From sequence record KX828711: a DNA stretch of 64,000 bases. One strand, 5' to 3'. The translations under genes were made by a program, and so were the position numbers. Below are positions 46,548 to 58,862 of the stretch, in pieces (position 1 is the first letter of the stretch; the number at the start of each line of letters is the position of its first letter). The stretch comes from Shigella phage SH7. The notes under the pieces were generated by a model, which had not been told where the DNA came from, made no database searches, and worked only from the letters and a program-made list of their open reading frames with translations.

Positions 46548-47456
46548 TTAAAGGTCATTCAAAAGGTCATCCAGGTCCGTGTCATCAACACTAGATGAAC
46601 TGCCAGAGCTTGAGCTCATAAAATCATCTTCAGTTTTTGTATTGAAGTCATCAACATTGAATGCATCCAAATCATCAGCAACTTTATCAGCTTTCTTAGC
46701 GGCAGTCGCTGCGGCACCGCCCATAGCAGCAGTTCCCATAACTTGACTGAATTTAGTGCTCAGTTCTTCAAACGATTTGAATTTATCTTTAGAAGTCATT
46801 TCAGAAAGGTCAACCATTTGTTCGAACAGTTCTTTCTGGAAAGATTCATCATCAATGTTTGGAATCGCAGATTGATTCAGGAATTTAGATTCGTCGTAGT
46901 TACTAAAACCAGAAACTTGTTTAACTTTCAGTACAAAGTTAGCACCTTCCCACGGACAAGTTACATCAACCGGAGTTTCACCCATTTCAACATCAACTGC
47001 AATCATTGCATTGATTTTATCCCAGATTTTCTTACCGAAGCGGTATTTAAATACTTTACCTTCATTTTCTGGAGCAGCCGGGTCTTTTACTACAAGAATG
47101 TTAGCCCAGTAAGAAGTTTTACGTTTAACAAGACCGTACTCTTTATTGTCAGTGTTATACAAATCATTTTTACTGATGTACTGACATACTGGACAAGAAT
47201 CGTAATCACCGTGGGTAGATGAACAGTTTTCAATATACCATTTACCATTTTTCTTGAAACCGTGATTTACAAGAATTGCAAATGGTGCTTGTTCATCATT
47301 TTTAGACGGAAGAAAACGAATTACTGCTTGACCGTTACCCGCATTATCGAGTTTCAGTTTCCACTCGCCTTTATCTTCAGAAGAAAAACCACCTTTATTT
47401 CCAGCCAGTTTAGCCATTTGTGCAGCGAGTTCAGCAGTAGATTTACGTTTAAACAT
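46548..47456 (-). CDS. 32: single-stranded DNA-binding protein gp32
   Basis: 302 aa; zinc site residues in [10 protein letters not shown]; acidic C-tail. Confidence 0.96.
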   Translation of the reverse strand: MFKRKSTAELAAQMAKLAGNKGGFSSEDKGEWKLKLDNAGNGQAVIRFLPSKNDEQAPFAILVNHGFKKNGKWYIENCSSTHGDYDSCPVCQYISKNDLYNTDNKEYGLVKRKTSYWANILVVKDPAAPENEGKVFKYRFGKKIWDKINAMIAVDVEMGETPVDVTCPWEGANFVLKVKQVSGFSNYDESKFLNQSAIPNIDDESFQKELFEQMVDLSEMTSKDKFKSFEELSTKFSQVMGTAAMGGAAATAAKKADKVADDLDAFNVDDFNTKTEDDFMSSSSGSSSSVDDTDLDDLLNDL

Positions 47457-47536
47457 TTTTATTTCCTTTTTAATTTAATTAACAGTTGGTGCTATGACGA
47501 TGTATGACCTCATAGCTGGTCAGTGAGATAATTATA
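47457..47536 (-). promoter_or_regulatory. gene 32 leader: A/U-rich translational operator, upstream stem-loop, and late promoter TATAAATA
   Basis: Minus strand UUAAUUAAAUUAAAAAGGAAAUAAAAAUG; inverted repeat GCTATGA...TCATAGC; tatttata at 47529-47536. Confidence 0.6.
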
Positions 47537-47555
47537 ATCTATTTATAATAAGCAA

Positions 47556-48209
47556 TTAATACTTGCAAGATTTCACAGTTTCAATGAAAACACTTTTAGC
47601 TTTCTGCGAATCAATATTTAAAATTTTTCTATAAGCCTTTAACTTTATAGAATAATTATTCCAGACTAAATTATCAGTCTGTTCATCATGTTTATCAATT
47701 ATATTTAAAAACGAATCAAGCAAGATAAACGTCTCAAACGAAATTATATTCGATTGAAGTAGTTTAAAAATATAACTTGATTGAACTTTTGGATTATACT
47801 CAAAGATTTCTTTAAAAGCAGAAACTTCAACTTTTTTACTAAAATAATAAATGTTGCGAATATCTTCTTCAAACTTAAATTTAATTTGCTTTAAGCGTCC
47901 GATATATTCACGATAAAACACAAGTGCATCAGCGTCAGAGATGTCACCAATCCAAGCATCTTGGTTAGCAACCAGATTGCTTATAAAGATTAAAGCAAGT
48001 TCCTTTAATTTATATTTTTCTGATAACTTCTGGAAAAAATACTTATCCCTTCGCTTTTGATAAGCGGCATCAGACACCCGCATGCACCAATTATACTTAA
48101 TTACATCATACTTTCCATTCATATGCTGTTTTATCATTAAGTATAATTTATAAACTGATTTACCATCAATATATCTTTCACCACCAGCAGGCATGCGGAG
48201 TTTAATCAT
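47556..48209 (-). CDS. 59: gp59 helicase loader
   Basis: 217 aa (T4 gp59 length). Confidence 0.88.
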   Translation of the reverse strand: MIKLRMPAGGERYIDGKSVYKLYLMIKQHMNGKYDVIKYNWCMRVSDAAYQKRRDKYFFQKLSEKYKLKELALIFISNLVANQDAWIGDISDADALVFYREYIGRLKQIKFKFEEDIRNIYYFSKKVEVSAFKEIFEYNPKVQSSYIFKLLQSNIISFETFILLDSFLNIIDKHDEQTDNLVWNNYSIKLKAYRKILNIDSQKAKSVFIETVKSCKY

Positions 48210-48544
48210 AGTAGAAAATCTAATGTATTAGTTTTTTCACAACGAACAACAGAAGGACGTAAAAGATTTTCGTCAATAGCTTCTGACTGAATTTTTTCAA
48301 TTATACCCGAAGGAATAAATTTAGCAAATTGAGTTTCAGGAATAGAATTTTCTTCTAAGAATGCTGTTGTAGCTTCAAGATAACTCATTCCAAACTCTTC
48401 TACCATTTTTTCAATAATAAATCCATTTTCTTGGCGGTCAAGAAGCTTTGCAATTTCATCCTTTTCTTTCTTAATTGAAAGTTCTTTTTCTGAAAGACCG
48501 GTCTCATCGACCGGACGAATATCATTTAGAGAAAACTGTGTCAT
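48206..48544 (-). CDS. 33: gp33 late transcription co-activator
   Basis: Likely start MTQFSLNDIRP (112 aa). Confidence 0.8.
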   Translation of the reverse strand: MTQFSLNDIRPVDETGLSEKELSIKKEKDEIAKLLDRQENGFIIEKMVEEFGMSYLEATTAFLEENSIPETQFAKFIPSGIIEKIQSEAIDENLLRPSVVRCEKTNTLDFLL

Positions 48545-48791
48545 AAAGTTCAACTACCTCTTCAGTTTCAGCTTCAAACACATCACGGTTATCTTTATGA
48601 TACAAAGCTAACAGACGATTAAACATCTTACCATCAACGCCAAGTTCATCTTTGGCACGAATTCGAATATCTTTAATCAATTCATTATAACCAGAAATTT
48701 TCAGTTTATGATCAGATGCTTCTTTAATAAATTTAGCCAAATCTTCGCCATGGATAGCTTCATCAAATTCAACCATTTCTTTTTTAGCCAT
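48522..48791 (-). CDS. dsbA: DsbA double-stranded DNA-binding protein
   Basis: 89 aa; position. Confidence 0.75.
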   Translation of the reverse strand: MAKKEMVEFDEAIHGEDLAKFIKEASDHKLKISGYNELIKDIRIRAKDELGVDGKMFNRLLALYHKDNRDVFEAETEEVVELYDTVFSK

Positions 48792-48799
48792 TATTCACC

Positions 48800-49717
48800 T
48801 CAAAATTCATTAATGCTATTAGTTAATTTAGAAAGACCCGCTTTTACAAAATATGAATAAATTTTGCCACGTGGTGGTAATTTATATGAATTATAGTAAT
48901 TCACGATGTTTGAAGCAATATTATCAGGAATATAATCAAAATCAATTAGAACTAAATTTTCTTTATAACGATTATATTCAGATTCAGTGAGAAGCACCTT
49001 AGCTTGCTCGCGGTCATTAGCAATAGCTTCGACAATAGATGTTTTCATTGAAGGAGTTCGTTCACCTTCAACTCTGGTAAACCAAAAGTCAGATCGTACT
49101 TTAACTGAAGCAACGTTATCCTTTTTGTCACCTTTAAGGATTTTAGTCATACAGTCAATTTCAGCAGAACCGCTTTTAATTTTAACCCATTTCTTGTGCA
49201 TCGGTGACCATTGCTTAACATTTGGGTATTTGTGAAGTTGAGTAAAGTCACCGTCCGATGAAATGATTAAAATCTTATGTCCTTCTAAAGAGAACTTTTT
49301 AACAAGAATAGCAATATGGTCATCTGCTTCATACTTATCAATATCCATAACGATGTATGGCATATAAGCTTTCAGTTCATCTATAACTTTATGACTGGAT
49401 TCAAAATAACCTTCCCAATCCCAAGTAGATTCTTCTCGTGCTTTTCCACGGTTTTTCTTATAATAATAAGCAAAATCACGACGCCAGTATCCAGATTTCG
49501 CGTTATCAATACACAGTACAATTTTAGTGTATCCAAGAGTTTTTGCTTTTTTGACATTAAACTTAATTGAGTTCAATATCAAATAACGAACCATTGATAA
49601 ATTAATTTTTTCTTTATCTGGAAAGTTTACCAAAGCAGTTGAAAGCGCAATCTGACTAAAGTCAATTAAGCAGATTCCTTCTTTGTAATCTTCATCCAGC
49701 ATCATTTCTAAATCCAT
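48800..49717 (-). CDS. rnh: RNase H (5'-3' exonuclease)
   Basis: Likely start MDLEMMLDEDYKEG; acidic metal-binding residues. Confidence 0.88.
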   Translation of the reverse strand: MDLEMMLDEDYKEGICLIDFSQIALSTALVNFPDKEKINLSMVRYLILNSIKFNVKKAKTLGYTKIVLCIDNAKSGYWRRDFAYYYKKNRGKAREESTWDWEGYFESSHKVIDELKAYMPYIVMDIDKYEADDHIAILVKKFSLEGHKILIISSDGDFTQLHKYPNVKQWSPMHKKWVKIKSGSAEIDCMTKILKGDKKDNVASVKVRSDFWFTRVEGERTPSMKTSIVEAIANDREQAKVLLTESEYNRYKENLVLIDFDYIPDNIASNIVNYYNSYKLPPRGKIYSYFVKAGLSKLTNSINEF

Positions 49718-49769
49718 ATGAACCTCGTTCAATTAGTGAGATTTCTATTATATACTATCCAAATCTTAA

Positions 49770-49777
49770 AGTAAACA
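49770..49777 (+). promoter_or_regulatory. late promoter TATAAATA for gene 34
   Basis: Exact TATAAATA 45 nt upstream of gene 34 ATG. Confidence 0.6.
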
Positions 49778-49821
49778 AGTATAAATACTTATTATTGAAA
49801 ACACAATAGGAGCCCGGGAGA

Positions 49822-52800
49822 ATGGCCGAGATTAAAAGAAAGTTCAGAGCAGAAGATGGTCTGGACGCAGGTGGCGATAAAATAATCAACGTAGCTTTAG
49901 CTGATCGTGCCGTAGGAACTGACGGTGTTAACGTTGATTACCTAATTCAAGAAAACACAGTTCAACAATACGATCCAACTCGTGGATATTTAAAAGATTT
50001 TGTAATCATTTATGATAACCGTTTTTGGGCTGCTATAAATGATATTCCAAAACCAGCGGGAGCTTTTAATAGCGTACGCTGGAGAGCATTACGTACTGAT
50101 GCTAATTGGACAACTGTTTCATCAGGACCTTATCAATTAAAGTCAGGTGAATCAATTTCAGTTAATACTGCAGCAGGAAATGATATCACATTTACTTTGC
50201 CAACTTCTCCAATTGATGGAGATACTATCGTTCTTCAAGATATTGGTGGAAAACCCGGAGTTAACCAAGTTTTAATTGTAGCTCCAGTGCAAAGTATTGT
50301 AAACTTTAGAGGCGAACAAGTACGATCAGTACTAATGACCCATCCAAAATCACAGATAGTTTTAATTTTTAGTAATCGTCTGTGGCAAATGTATGTGGCT
50401 GATTATAGCAGAGAAGCGGTAGTTGTGACGCCAGCAAGTCTCTACCAGGCGCAGTCAAACGATTTTATCGTGCGCAGATTTACTTCTGCTGCACCGATAA
50501 ATATTAAACTTCCGAGATTTGCTAATCATGGCGATATTATTAATTTCGTTGATTTAGATAAATTAAATCCTCTTTATCATACAATTGTTACTACATATGA
50601 TGAAACTACATCAGTACAAGAAGATGGAACTCATTCCATTGAAGGCCGTACATCTATTGATGGTTTCTTGATGTATGATGATAATGAGAAATTATGGAGA
50701 TTATTTGACGGGGATAGTAAAGCACGTTTACGTGTTATAACAACTAATTCTAATATTCGTCCAAACGAAGAAGTTATGGTATTTGGTGCGAATAATGGAA
50801 CAACTCAAACAATTGAACTTCAGCTTCCGACCGATATTTCCATTGGCGATACTGTTAAAATTTCCATGAATTACATGAGAAAAGGCCAAACAGTTAAAAT
50901 CAAAGCTGCCGGTGAAGATAAAATTGCTTCTTCAGTTCAATTGCTGCAATTCCCAAAACGTTCAGAATATCCGCCTGAGGCTGAATGGGTGACTGTTCAA
51001 GAATTAGTTTTTAACGGTGAAACTAATTATGTTCCAGTTTTACAACTTGCTTATATAGAAGATTCTGACGGAAAATACTGGGTTGTACAGCAAAACGTTC
51101 CAACAGTTGAAAGAGTCGATTCTTTAAATAATTCTACTAGAGCAAGATTAGGCGTAATTGCTTTAGCTACACAAGCTCAAGCTAACGTCGATTTAGAAAA
51201 TTCTCCACAAAAAGAATTAGCAATTACCCCAGAAACATTAGCTAACCGTACTGCTACAGAAACTCGTAGAGGTATCGCAAGAATAGCAACTACCGCCCAA
51301 GTGAATCAGGATACTACATTCTCTTTTGCTGACGATATTATCATCACTCCTAAAAAGCTGAATGAAAGAACTGCTACAGAAACTCGTAGAGGTGTTGCTG
51401 AAATTGCTACGCAACAAGAAACTAATACAGGTACTGATGATACTACGATCATCACTCCTAAAAAGCTTCAAGCTCGTCAGGGTTCTGAATCATTATCTGG
51501 TATTGTAACTTTTGTATCTACTGCAGGTGCTACTCCAGCTTCTAGCCGTGAATTAAATGGTACGAATGTTTATAATAAAAACACTAATAATTTAGTTGTT
51601 TCACCTAAAGCTTTGGATCAGTATAAAGCTACTCCAACACAACAAGGTGCGGTAATTTTAGCAGTTGAAAGTGAAGTAATTGCTGGACAAAGTCAGGAAG
51701 GATGGGCAAATGCGGTTGTAACACCAGAAACGTTACATAAAAAGACATCAACTGATGGAAGAATTGGTTTAATTGAAATTGCTACGCAAAGTGAAGTTAA
51801 TACAGGAACTGATTATACCCGTGCAGTCACTCCTAAAACTTTAAATGACCGTAGAGCAACTGAAAGTTTAAGTGGTATAGCTGAAATTGCTACACAGGTT
51901 GAATTCGACGCAGGCGTCGACGATACTCGTATCTCTACACCATTAAAAATTAAAACCAGATTTAATAGTACTGATCGTACTTCTGTTGTTGCTCTATCTG
52001 GATTAGTTGAATCAGGAACTCTCTGGGACCATTATACCCTTAATATTCTTGAAGCAAATGAGACACAGCGTGGTACACTTCGTGTAGCTACACAGGTCGA
52101 AGCTGCTGCAGGAACATTAGATAATGTTTTAATAACTCCTAAAAAGCTTTTAGGTACTAAATCTACTGAAGCACAGGAAGGTGTTATTAAAGTTGCAACT
52201 CAGTCTGAAACTGTGACTGGAACATCAGCAAATACTGCTGTATCTCCAAAAAATTTAAAATGGATTGTGCAGAGCGAACCTACCTGGGCAGCTACTACTG
52301 CGATAAGGGGATTTGTTAAAACTTCATCTGGTTCAATTACGTTCGTTGGTAATGATACAGTCGGTTCTACTCAAGATTTAGAACTGTATGAGAAAAATAG
52401 CTATGCAGTATCACCATATGAATTAAACCGTGTATTAGCAAATTATTTGCCATTAAAAGCAAAAGCTGTAGATAGTAATTTATTGGATGGTCTAGATTCA
52501 TCTCAGTTCATTCGTAGGGATATTGCGCAGACAGTTAATGGTTCACTAACCTTAACCCAACAAACGAATCTGAGTGCCCCTCTTGTATCATCTAGTACTG
52601 CTACGTTTGGTGGTTCAGTTTCGGCAAATAGTACATTGTCTATTTCTAACACTGGAACGACTTCTTCTCGATTTACATTTGAGAAAGGTCCTGCTTCTGG
52701 TAGTAATGCTGATTCTGCATTGCATGTTCGTGTATGGGGTAATAAGTACAGCGGCGGTTCTGATGTAACTCGCGCAACGATTATAGAATTCTATGATGCT

Positions 52801-53694
52801 TCCGGCACTCATTTCTATTCTCAAAGAGATACGTCAAATAATGTGTTGTTCAACATTTCAGGTACGATGCAATCAGTCCATGCTAGCGTTCGTGGTGTTC
52901 TGAACGTTACAGGTGTCTCAACGTTTAATAGTTCAGTTACAGCCAATGGTGAATTCATTAGCAAGTCTGCAAATGCATTTAGAGCAATTAGTGGTGATTA
53001 TGGATTCTTTATCAGGAATGATGGTGGCAGCACATATTTTATGCTTACTGCATCAGGCGATCAGACTGGCGGATTTAATGGATTACGTCCTTTAGCTATT
53101 AATAATGCATCCGGTCAAGTAACGATTGGTGAAAGCTTAATCATTGCCAAAGGTGCTACTATAAATTCAGATGGTTTGACTGTTAACTCGAGAATTCGTT
53201 CTCAAGGTGTTAAAACATCTGACTTATATACCCGTGCGCCAACATCTGATACTGTAGGATTCTGGTCAATCGATATTAATGATTCAGCCACTTATAACCA
53301 GTTCCCGGGTTATTTTGAAATGGTTGAAAAAACTAATGAAGTGACTGGGCTTCCATACTTAGAACGTGGCGAAGAGGTTAAATCTCCTGGTACATTGACT
53401 CAGTTTGGTAACACACTCGATTCACTTTACCAAGATTGGATTACTTATCCAACGACTCCAGAAGCACGTACCACTCGCTGGACGCGTACATGGCAGAAAA
53501 CCAAAAACTCTTGGTCAAGTTTTGTTCAGGTATTTGATGGAGGTAACCCTCCTCAGCCATCTGATATCGGTGCTTTACCATCTGATAATGCTATAATGGG
53601 GAATCTTACTATTCGTGATTTCTTACGAATTGGTAATGTTCGCATTATTCCTGACCCAGTGAATAAAACGGTTAAATTTGAATGGGTTGAATAA
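49822..53694 (+). CDS. 34: long tail fibre proximal subunit gp34
   Basis: 1290 aa; tandem peptide repeats (ITPKKL...ATETRRG...IAT). Confidence 0.93.
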   Translation: MAEIKRKFRAEDGLDAGGDKIINVALADRAVGTDGVNVDYLIQENTVQQYDPTRGYLKDFVIIYDNRFWAAINDIPKPAGAFNSVRWRALRTDANWTTVSSGPYQLKSGESISVNTAAGNDITFTLPTSPIDGDTIVLQDIGGKPGVNQVLIVAPVQSIVNFRGEQVRSVLMTHPKSQIVLIFSNRLWQMYVADYSREAVVVTPASLYQAQSNDFIVRRFTSAAPINIKLPRFANHGDIINFVDLDKLNPLYHTIVTTYDETTSVQEDGTHSIEGRTSIDGFLMYDDNEKLWRLFDGDSKARLRVITTNSNIRPNEEVMVFGANNGTTQTIELQLPTDISIGDTVKISMNYMRKGQTVKIKAAGEDKIASSVQLLQFPKRSEYPPEAEWVTVQELVFNGETNYVPVLQLAYIEDSDGKYWVVQQNVPTVERVDSLNNSTRARLGVIALATQAQANVDLENSPQKELAITPETLANRTATETRRGIARIATTAQVNQDTTFSFADDIIITPKKLNERTATETRRGVAEIATQQETNTGTDDTTIITPKKLQARQGSESLSGIVTFVSTAGATPASSRELNGTNVYNKNTNNLVVSPKALDQYKATPTQQGAVILAVESEVIAGQSQEGWANAVVTPETLHKKTSTDGRIGLIEIATQSEVNTGTDYTRAVTPKTLNDRRATESLSGIAEIATQVEFDAGVDDTRISTPLKIKTRFNSTDRTSVVALSGLVESGTLWDHYTLNILEANETQRGTLRVATQVEAAAGTLDNVLITPKKLLGTKSTEAQEGVIKVATQSETVTGTSANTAVSPKNLKWIVQSEPTWAATTAIRGFVKTSSGSITFVGNDTVGSTQDLELYEKNSYAVSPYELNRVLANYLPLKAKAVDSNLLDGLDSSQFIRRDIAQTVNGSLTLTQQTNLSAPLVSSSTATFGGSVSANSTLSISNTGTTSSRFTFEKGPASGSNADSALHVRVWGNKYSGGSDVTRATIIEFYDASGTHFYSQRDTSNNVLFNISGTMQSVHASVRGVLNVTGVSTFNSSVTANGEFISKSANAFRAISGDYGFFIRNDGGSTYFMLTASGDQTGGFNGLRPLAINNASGQVTIGESLIIAKGATINSDGLTVNSRIRSQGVKTSDLYTRAPTSDTVGFWSIDINDSATYNQFPGYFEMVEKTNEVTGLPYLERGEEVKSPGTLTQFGNTLDSLYQDWITYPTTPEARTTRWTRTWQKTKNSWSSFVQVFDGGNPPQPSDIGALPSDNAIMGNLTIRDFLRIGNVRIIPDPVNKTVKFEWVE

Positions 53695-53702
53695 GAGGTA
53701 TT

Positions 53703-54818
53703 ATGGAAAAATTTATGGCAGAGTTTGGACAAGGATATGTCCAAACGCCATTTTTATCGGAAAGTAATTCAGTAAGATATAAAATAAGTATAGCGGGTTC
53801 TTGCCCGCTTTCTACAGCAGGACCATATGTTAAATTTCAGGATAATCTTGTCGGAAGTCAAACATTTAGCGCAGGTCTTCATTTAAGAGTTTTTGACCCT
53901 TTCACTGGAGCATTAGTTGATAGTAAGTCATATGCTTTTTCGACTTCAAATGATACTACATCAGCTGCTTTTGTTAGTTTCATGAATTCTTTTTCAAACA
54001 ATAGACTTGTTGCTATATTAACTAGCGGAAAGGTTAATTTTCCTCCTGAAGTAGTATCTTGGTTAAGAGCAGCAGGAACATCTGCTTTTCCATCTGATTC
54101 TTTATTGTCAAGATTTGACGTATCATATGCTGCCTTTTACACTTCTTCTAAAAGAGCTATCGCACTAGAGCATGTTAAACTGAGTAACAGAAAAAGCACA
54201 GATGACTATCAAACTATATTAGATGTAGTATTTGATAGTTTAGAAGATGTTGGAGCGACAGGATTTCCTAAAAGAACATATGAAAGCGTTGAGCAATTTA
54301 TGTCAGCAGTCGGTGGAACTAATAACGAAATTGCACGTCTACCTACAGCATCTGCAATAAGTAAACTTTCTGACTATAATTTAATTCCTGGAGATGTTCT
54401 TTATCTTAAAGCACAACTATATGCTGATGCTGATTTATTAGCGTTGGGAACTACTAATATTTCAATTCGTTTTTATAATGCGTCGAATGGATATATTTCC
54501 TCGACACAAGCTGAGTTTACCGGACAAGCTGGGTCTTGGGAATTAAAAGAAGATTATGTAGTTGTTCCAGAAAATGCAGTTGGATTTACGATATACGCAC
54601 AGAGAACTGCACAAGCGGGTCAAGGCGGTATGAGAAATTTAAGCTTTTCTGAAGTGTCAAGAAATGGTGGCATTTCAAAACCTGCTGAGTTTGGCGTCAA
54701 TGGTATTCGAGTTAATTATATCTGTGAATCTGCTTCACCTCCGGATATAATGGTACTTCCTACGCAAGCATCGTCTAAAACTGGTAAAGTGTTTGGACAG
54801 GAATTTAGAGAAGTTTAA
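53703..54818 (+). CDS. 35: long tail fibre hinge protein gp35
   Basis: 371 aa; position. Confidence 0.88.
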   Translation: MEKFMAEFGQGYVQTPFLSESNSVRYKISIAGSCPLSTAGPYVKFQDNLVGSQTFSAGLHLRVFDPFTGALVDSKSYAFSTSNDTTSAAFVSFMNSFSNNRLVAILTSGKVNFPPEVVSWLRAAGTSAFPSDSLLSRFDVSYAAFYTSSKRAIALEHVKLSNRKSTDDYQTILDVVFDSLEDVGATGFPKRTYESVEQFMSAVGGTNNEIARLPTASAISKLSDYNLIPGDVLYLKAQLYADADLLALGTTNISIRFYNASNGYISSTQAEFTGQAGSWELKEDYVVVPENAVGFTIYAQRTAQAGQGGMRNLSFSEVSRNGGISKPAEFGVNGIRVNYICESASPPDIMVLPTQASSKTGKVFGQEFREV

Positions 54819-54823
54819 ATTGA

Positions 54824-54841
54824 GGGAGCCTTCGGGTTCCC
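54824..54841 (+). terminator. hairpin (gggagcc-UUCG-gggttcc) plus T-run after gene 35
   Basis: Stem with G-U pairs, followed by ctttttcttt. Confidence 0.65.
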
Positions 54842-54849
54842 TTTTTCTT

Positions 54850-54857
54850 TATAAATA
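54850..54857 (+). promoter_or_regulatory. late promoter TATAAATA for genes 36-37-38
   Basis: Exact TATAAATA about 24 nt upstream of gene 36 ATG. Confidence 0.6.
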
Positions 54858-54880
54858 CTATTAAAATAAAGGGGCATACA

Positions 54881-55537
54881 ATGGCTGATTTAAAAGTAGG
54901 TTCAACAACTGGAGGCTCTGTCATTTGGCATCAAGGAAATTTTCCATTGAATCCAGCCGGTGACGATGTACTCTATAAATCATTTAAAATATATTCAGAA
55001 TATAATAAACCACAAGCTGCTGATAACGATTTCGTTTCTAAAGCTAATGGTGGTACATATTTAAATAAAGTAATTTTTAATAAAGGAATGACTGTTCCTG
55101 GTGCTGGGTCAGGTGACAACGGTATTTTTGCCGGTCCTGGTGATAATGCTACATATGATACTACAAATATGGATATTGTTTCATGGTATGGTATCGGCTT
55201 TAAATCATCACAAGGGGCAGCAGGTAGAACTGTAGTAATTAACACACGAAACGGAGATATTAGCTCAAAGGGTGTAATTGAAGCATCACAAATACGCGCA
55301 ACTTCGTTATCACCAGTAAATAATTATGACCTTACGAGAAAAGATTATGTTGATGGAGCAATAAATATTGTTACAACAAATGCAAACTCTAGAGTATTAC
55401 GCTCTGGAGACACTATGACAGGAAATTTAACTGCGCCAAACCTTTTTTCACAGAATCCTGCATCTCAACCCTCGCATGTTCCGCGATTTGACCAAATCGT
55501 AATTAAGGATTCTGTTCAAGATTTCGGCTATTATTAA
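54881..55537 (+). CDS. 36: long tail fibre distal connector gp36
   Basis: 218 aa; position. Confidence 0.88.
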   Translation: MADLKVGSTTGGSVIWHQGNFPLNPAGDDVLYKSFKIYSEYNKPQAADNDFVSKANGGTYLNKVIFNKGMTVPGAGSGDNGIFAGPGDNATYDTTNMDIVSWYGIGFKSSQGAAGRTVVINTRNGDISSKGVIEASQIRATSLSPVNNYDLTRKDYVDGAINIVTTNANSRVLRSGDTMTGNLTAPNLFSQNPASQPSHVPRFDQIVIKDSVQDFGYY

Positions 55538-55545
55538 GAGGACTT

Positions 55546-58500
55546 ATGGCTACTTTAAAACAAATACAATTTAAAAGAAGCAAAACGGCAGGTCAACGTC
55601 CAGCTGCTTCAGTATTAGCCGAAGGTGAATTGGCTATAAACTTAAAAGATCGTGTACTTTTTACTAAAGATGATCAAGGAAATATTATTGACTTAGGTTT
55701 TGCTAAAGGCGGTAGTATTGACGGGAATGTTATTCATAAAGGCAATTATAACCAAACTGGCGATTATACTTTAAACGGTACATTCACCCAGACTGGTAAT
55801 TTTAATTTAACCGGTATTGCTCGAGTAACTCGTGATATTATTGCTGCTGGGCAGATTATGACTGAAGGCGGAGAACTTATTACAAAAAGTTCAGGAACGG
55901 CACACGTTCGTTTTCATGATTCCGCCGACCGTGAACGCGGTATTATTTTTTCTCCTGCTAATGACGGTTTAACTACACAGGTAGTTAACATCAGAGTTCA
56001 AGATTACAAAGCTGGTTCAGAAAGCACTTTCGCTTTTAATGGAAATGGTTTGTTTTCTTCACCAGAAGTTTTTGGGTGGAAATCTGTATCAACTCCGGTA
56101 ATTTATACCAATAAAGTTATCACCAATAAAAAAGTTAAAGATGATTATGACATCTATTCGACGGCAGACAATGTTCCATTGTCTGAAAGCACTACTGCTA
56201 TTAATCATCTTCGTGTTATGCGTAATGCAGTTGGTTCTGGTATTTTCCATGAAGTTAAAGATAATGATGGAATAACATGGTATAGTGGAGATGGATTAGA
56301 CGTTTATCTTTGGTCATTTACTTGGAGCGGCGGAATTAAATCAAGTCACTCAATTTCCATCGGTTTAACACCCGGACCTAAGGATTACTCAATATTAGGA
56401 CCGTCTAGTATCGCTTTAGGAGATAATGATACTGGATTTAAATGGCATCAAGACGGATATTATTTCAGTGTTAACAATGGCACAAAAACGTTTTTATTTA
56501 GTCCCAGCGAAACAACTAGCCTAAGAAAATTTGTAGCTGGATATTCTACTAACGGAACCGATTTAACTACTCCTCCAACTGAAAATTATGCTCTTGCTAC
56601 TGTAGTGACATACCATGATAATAACGCGTTTGGGGATGGTCAGACTCTTTTAGGATATTATCAAGGCGGTAACTATCATCACTATTTCCGCGGTAAAGGT
56701 ACCACAAACATTAATACTCACGGTGGTTTGTTAGTTACTCCTGGTAATATTGATGTTATTGGCGGTTCTGTTAATATCGATGGTAGAAATAATGCTTCTA
56801 CAGCGATGTTTAAAGGTAACACAACAGGTAGTAGTTCTGTGGATAACATGACAATTTCCGTTTGGGGCAATACGTTTACTAATCCTAGTGTAGGTAATCG
56901 TAAAAACGTCATGGAAATTTCTGATGCAACTAGCTGGATGAGTTATATTCAAAGACTTACAACAGGTGAAGTAGAAATGAACGTTAACGGTTCATTTGAA
57001 TCATCTGGTGTTACTGCTGGAAATAGAGGAGTTCACACAACGGGCGAAATTTCATCTGGGGCTGTGAATGCGCTTCGTATTTGGAACGCAGATTATGGAG
57101 CTATTTTTAGACGTTCAGAAGGCAGTCTTCATATTATTCCAACTGCTTACGGTGAAGGTAAATATGGCGATATCGGTCCACTTCGCCCGTTTAGTATGGC
57201 TTTAGATACCGGTAAAGTTACTATTCCAGATTTACAATCAAGTTACAATACGTTTGCTGCTAACGGTTATATTAAATTTGTTGGTCATGGAGCGGGTGCC
57301 GGCGGTTATGACATTCAATATGCTCAAGCGGCTCCTATTTTCCAGGAAATTGATGATGATGCTGTAAGCAAATATTATCCTATTGTTAAACAGAAGTTTT
57401 TAAATGGTAAAGCTGTTTGGTCTTTAGGTACTGAAATTAGTTCAGGTACATTCGTTATTCATCATCTGAAAGAAGATGGTTCACAAGGCCATACGTCTCG
57501 TTTTAATCAAGACGGTACTGTTAACTTCCCAGATAACGTTTCTGTCGGCGGCGGTGAAGCTACTATTGCTCGCAATGGTAATATCTGGTCTGATATCTGG
57601 AAAACGTTTACTTCAGCAGGCGACGTAACTAATATTCGCGATGCAATAGCTACTCGTGTTGCTAAAGAAGGTGATACGATGACCGGTAGGTTGACTTTAT
57701 CTGCTGGAAATGATGCCCTTGTTTTAACTGCAGGCGCGGGTGCTTCATCGCACATCCGTAGTGATGTAGGTGGTACAGGTAACTGGTATATAGGCAAAGG
57801 CGGCGGCGACAATGGTCTAAGTTTTTACAGTTACATTACACAAGCCGGTGTGAACATAACAAATAACGGCGAAATAGCGCTTTCTCCTCAAGGACAAGGA
57901 GCGTTTAATTTTAATAGAGACCGCCTTCATATAAACGGTACACAATGGGTTGCGCATAAATCTGGCGCCTTTGGTGACCAATGGAGTTTAGAAGCTCCGA
58001 TATTTATAGATTTTGGTAGTGTCAGTAATGACTGCTATTATCCTATTATTAAAGGAAAATCTGCTATTACTAATGAAGGATACATATCTGGTGTTGATTT
58101 TGGTATGCGTCGTATCACTAATAACTGGGCGCAAGGTATTATTCGTGTAGGTAACCAGGAAAACGGTTCTGACCCACAAGCTGTATATGAATTTCACCAT
58201 AACGGAACTCTGTATGTTCCTAACATGGTTAAAACTGGAGCAAGATTATCAGCTGGCGGCGGCGACCCGGTGTGGACTGGGCCATGTCTTGTTATTGGTG
58301 ATAATGATACTGGTTTAGTCCATGGCGGTGATGGCCGAATCAATATGGTTGCCAATGGTGTTCATATTGCTTCATGGTCATCTGCTTATCATCTCCATGA
58401 AGGTCTTTGGGATACTACTGGTGCTTTGTGGACTGAGCAAGGAAGAGCTATTATTTCTTTTGGTCATTTAATCCAACAGAGTGATGCCTATTCTACATTT

Positions 58501-58857
58501 GTCCGTGATGTTTATGTCCGTTCTGATATTCGCGTTAAAAAAGACCTCGTTAAATTTGAAAATGCTTCTCAGAAGCTTTCTAAAATTAACGGTTACACTT
58601 ATATGCAGAAGCGAGGCCTGGATGAGGAAGGTAATCAGAAATGGGAACCTAACGCTGGTTTAATTGCTCAAGAAGTTCAAGCTATTTTACCAGAATTAGT
58701 TGAAGGCGACCCTGATGGTGAAGCTTTACTTCGTTTGAACTATAACGGTGTAATTGGTTTAAATACAGCTGCAATCAATGAGCATACTGCAGAAATTGCG
58801 GAACTTAAATCAGAAATTGAAGAACTTAAAGCATTAGTTAAATCATTGTTAAAATAA
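55546..58857 (+). CDS. 37: long tail fibre distal subunit gp37 with C-terminal intramolecular-chaperone-like domain
   Basis: 1103 aa; C-terminal SDIRVKKDL...[15 protein letters not shown]...coiled coil. Confidence 0.9.
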   Translation: MATLKQIQFKRSKTAGQRPAASVLAEGELAINLKDRVLFTKDDQGNIIDLGFAKGGSIDGNVIHKGNYNQTGDYTLNGTFTQTGNFNLTGIARVTRDIIAAGQIMTEGGELITKSSGTAHVRFHDSADRERGIIFSPANDGLTTQVVNIRVQDYKAGSESTFAFNGNGLFSSPEVFGWKSVSTPVIYTNKVITNKKVKDDYDIYSTADNVPLSESTTAINHLRVMRNAVGSGIFHEVKDNDGITWYSGDGLDVYLWSFTWSGGIKSSHSISIGLTPGPKDYSILGPSSIALGDNDTGFKWHQDGYYFSVNNGTKTFLFSPSETTSLRKFVAGYSTNGTDLTTPPTENYALATVVTYHDNNAFGDGQTLLGYYQGGNYHHYFRGKGTTNINTHGGLLVTPGNIDVIGGSVNIDGRNNASTAMFKGNTTGSSSVDNMTISVWGNTFTNPSVGNRKNVMEISDATSWMSYIQRLTTGEVEMNVNGSFESSGVTAGNRGVHTTGEISSGAVNALRIWNADYGAIFRRSEGSLHIIPTAYGEGKYGDIGPLRPFSMALDTGKVTIPDLQSSYNTFAANGYIKFVGHGAGAGGYDIQYAQAAPIFQEIDDDAVSKYYPIVKQKFLNGKAVWSLGTEISSGTFVIHHLKEDGSQGHTSRFNQDGTVNFPDNVSVGGGEATIARNGNIWSDIWKTFTSAGDVTNIRDAIATRVAKEGDTMTGRLTLSAGNDALVLTAGAGASSHIRSDVGGTGNWYIGKGGGDNGLSFYSYITQAGVNITNNGEIALSPQGQGAFNFNRDRLHINGTQWVAHKSGAFGDQWSLEAPIFIDFGSVSNDCYYPIIKGKSAITNEGYISGVDFGMRRITNNWAQGIIRVGNQENGSDPQAVYEFHHNGTLYVPNMVKTGARLSAGGGDPVWTGPCLVIGDNDTGLVHGGDGRINMVANGVHIASWSSAYHLHEGLWDTTGALWTEQGRAIISFGHLIQQSDAYSTFVRDVYVRSDIRVKKDLVKFENASQKLSKINGYTYMQKRGLDEEGNQKWEPNAGLIAQEVQAILPELVEGDPDGEALLRLNYNGVIGLNTAAINEHTAEIAELKSEIEELKALVKSLLK

Positions 58858-58862
58858 TAAGA

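Noticed and set aside
52574-53744. Short ORFs on both strands within gene 34
   Set aside because: Embedded in the large tail-fibre coding frame; no signals; typical spurious ORFs.
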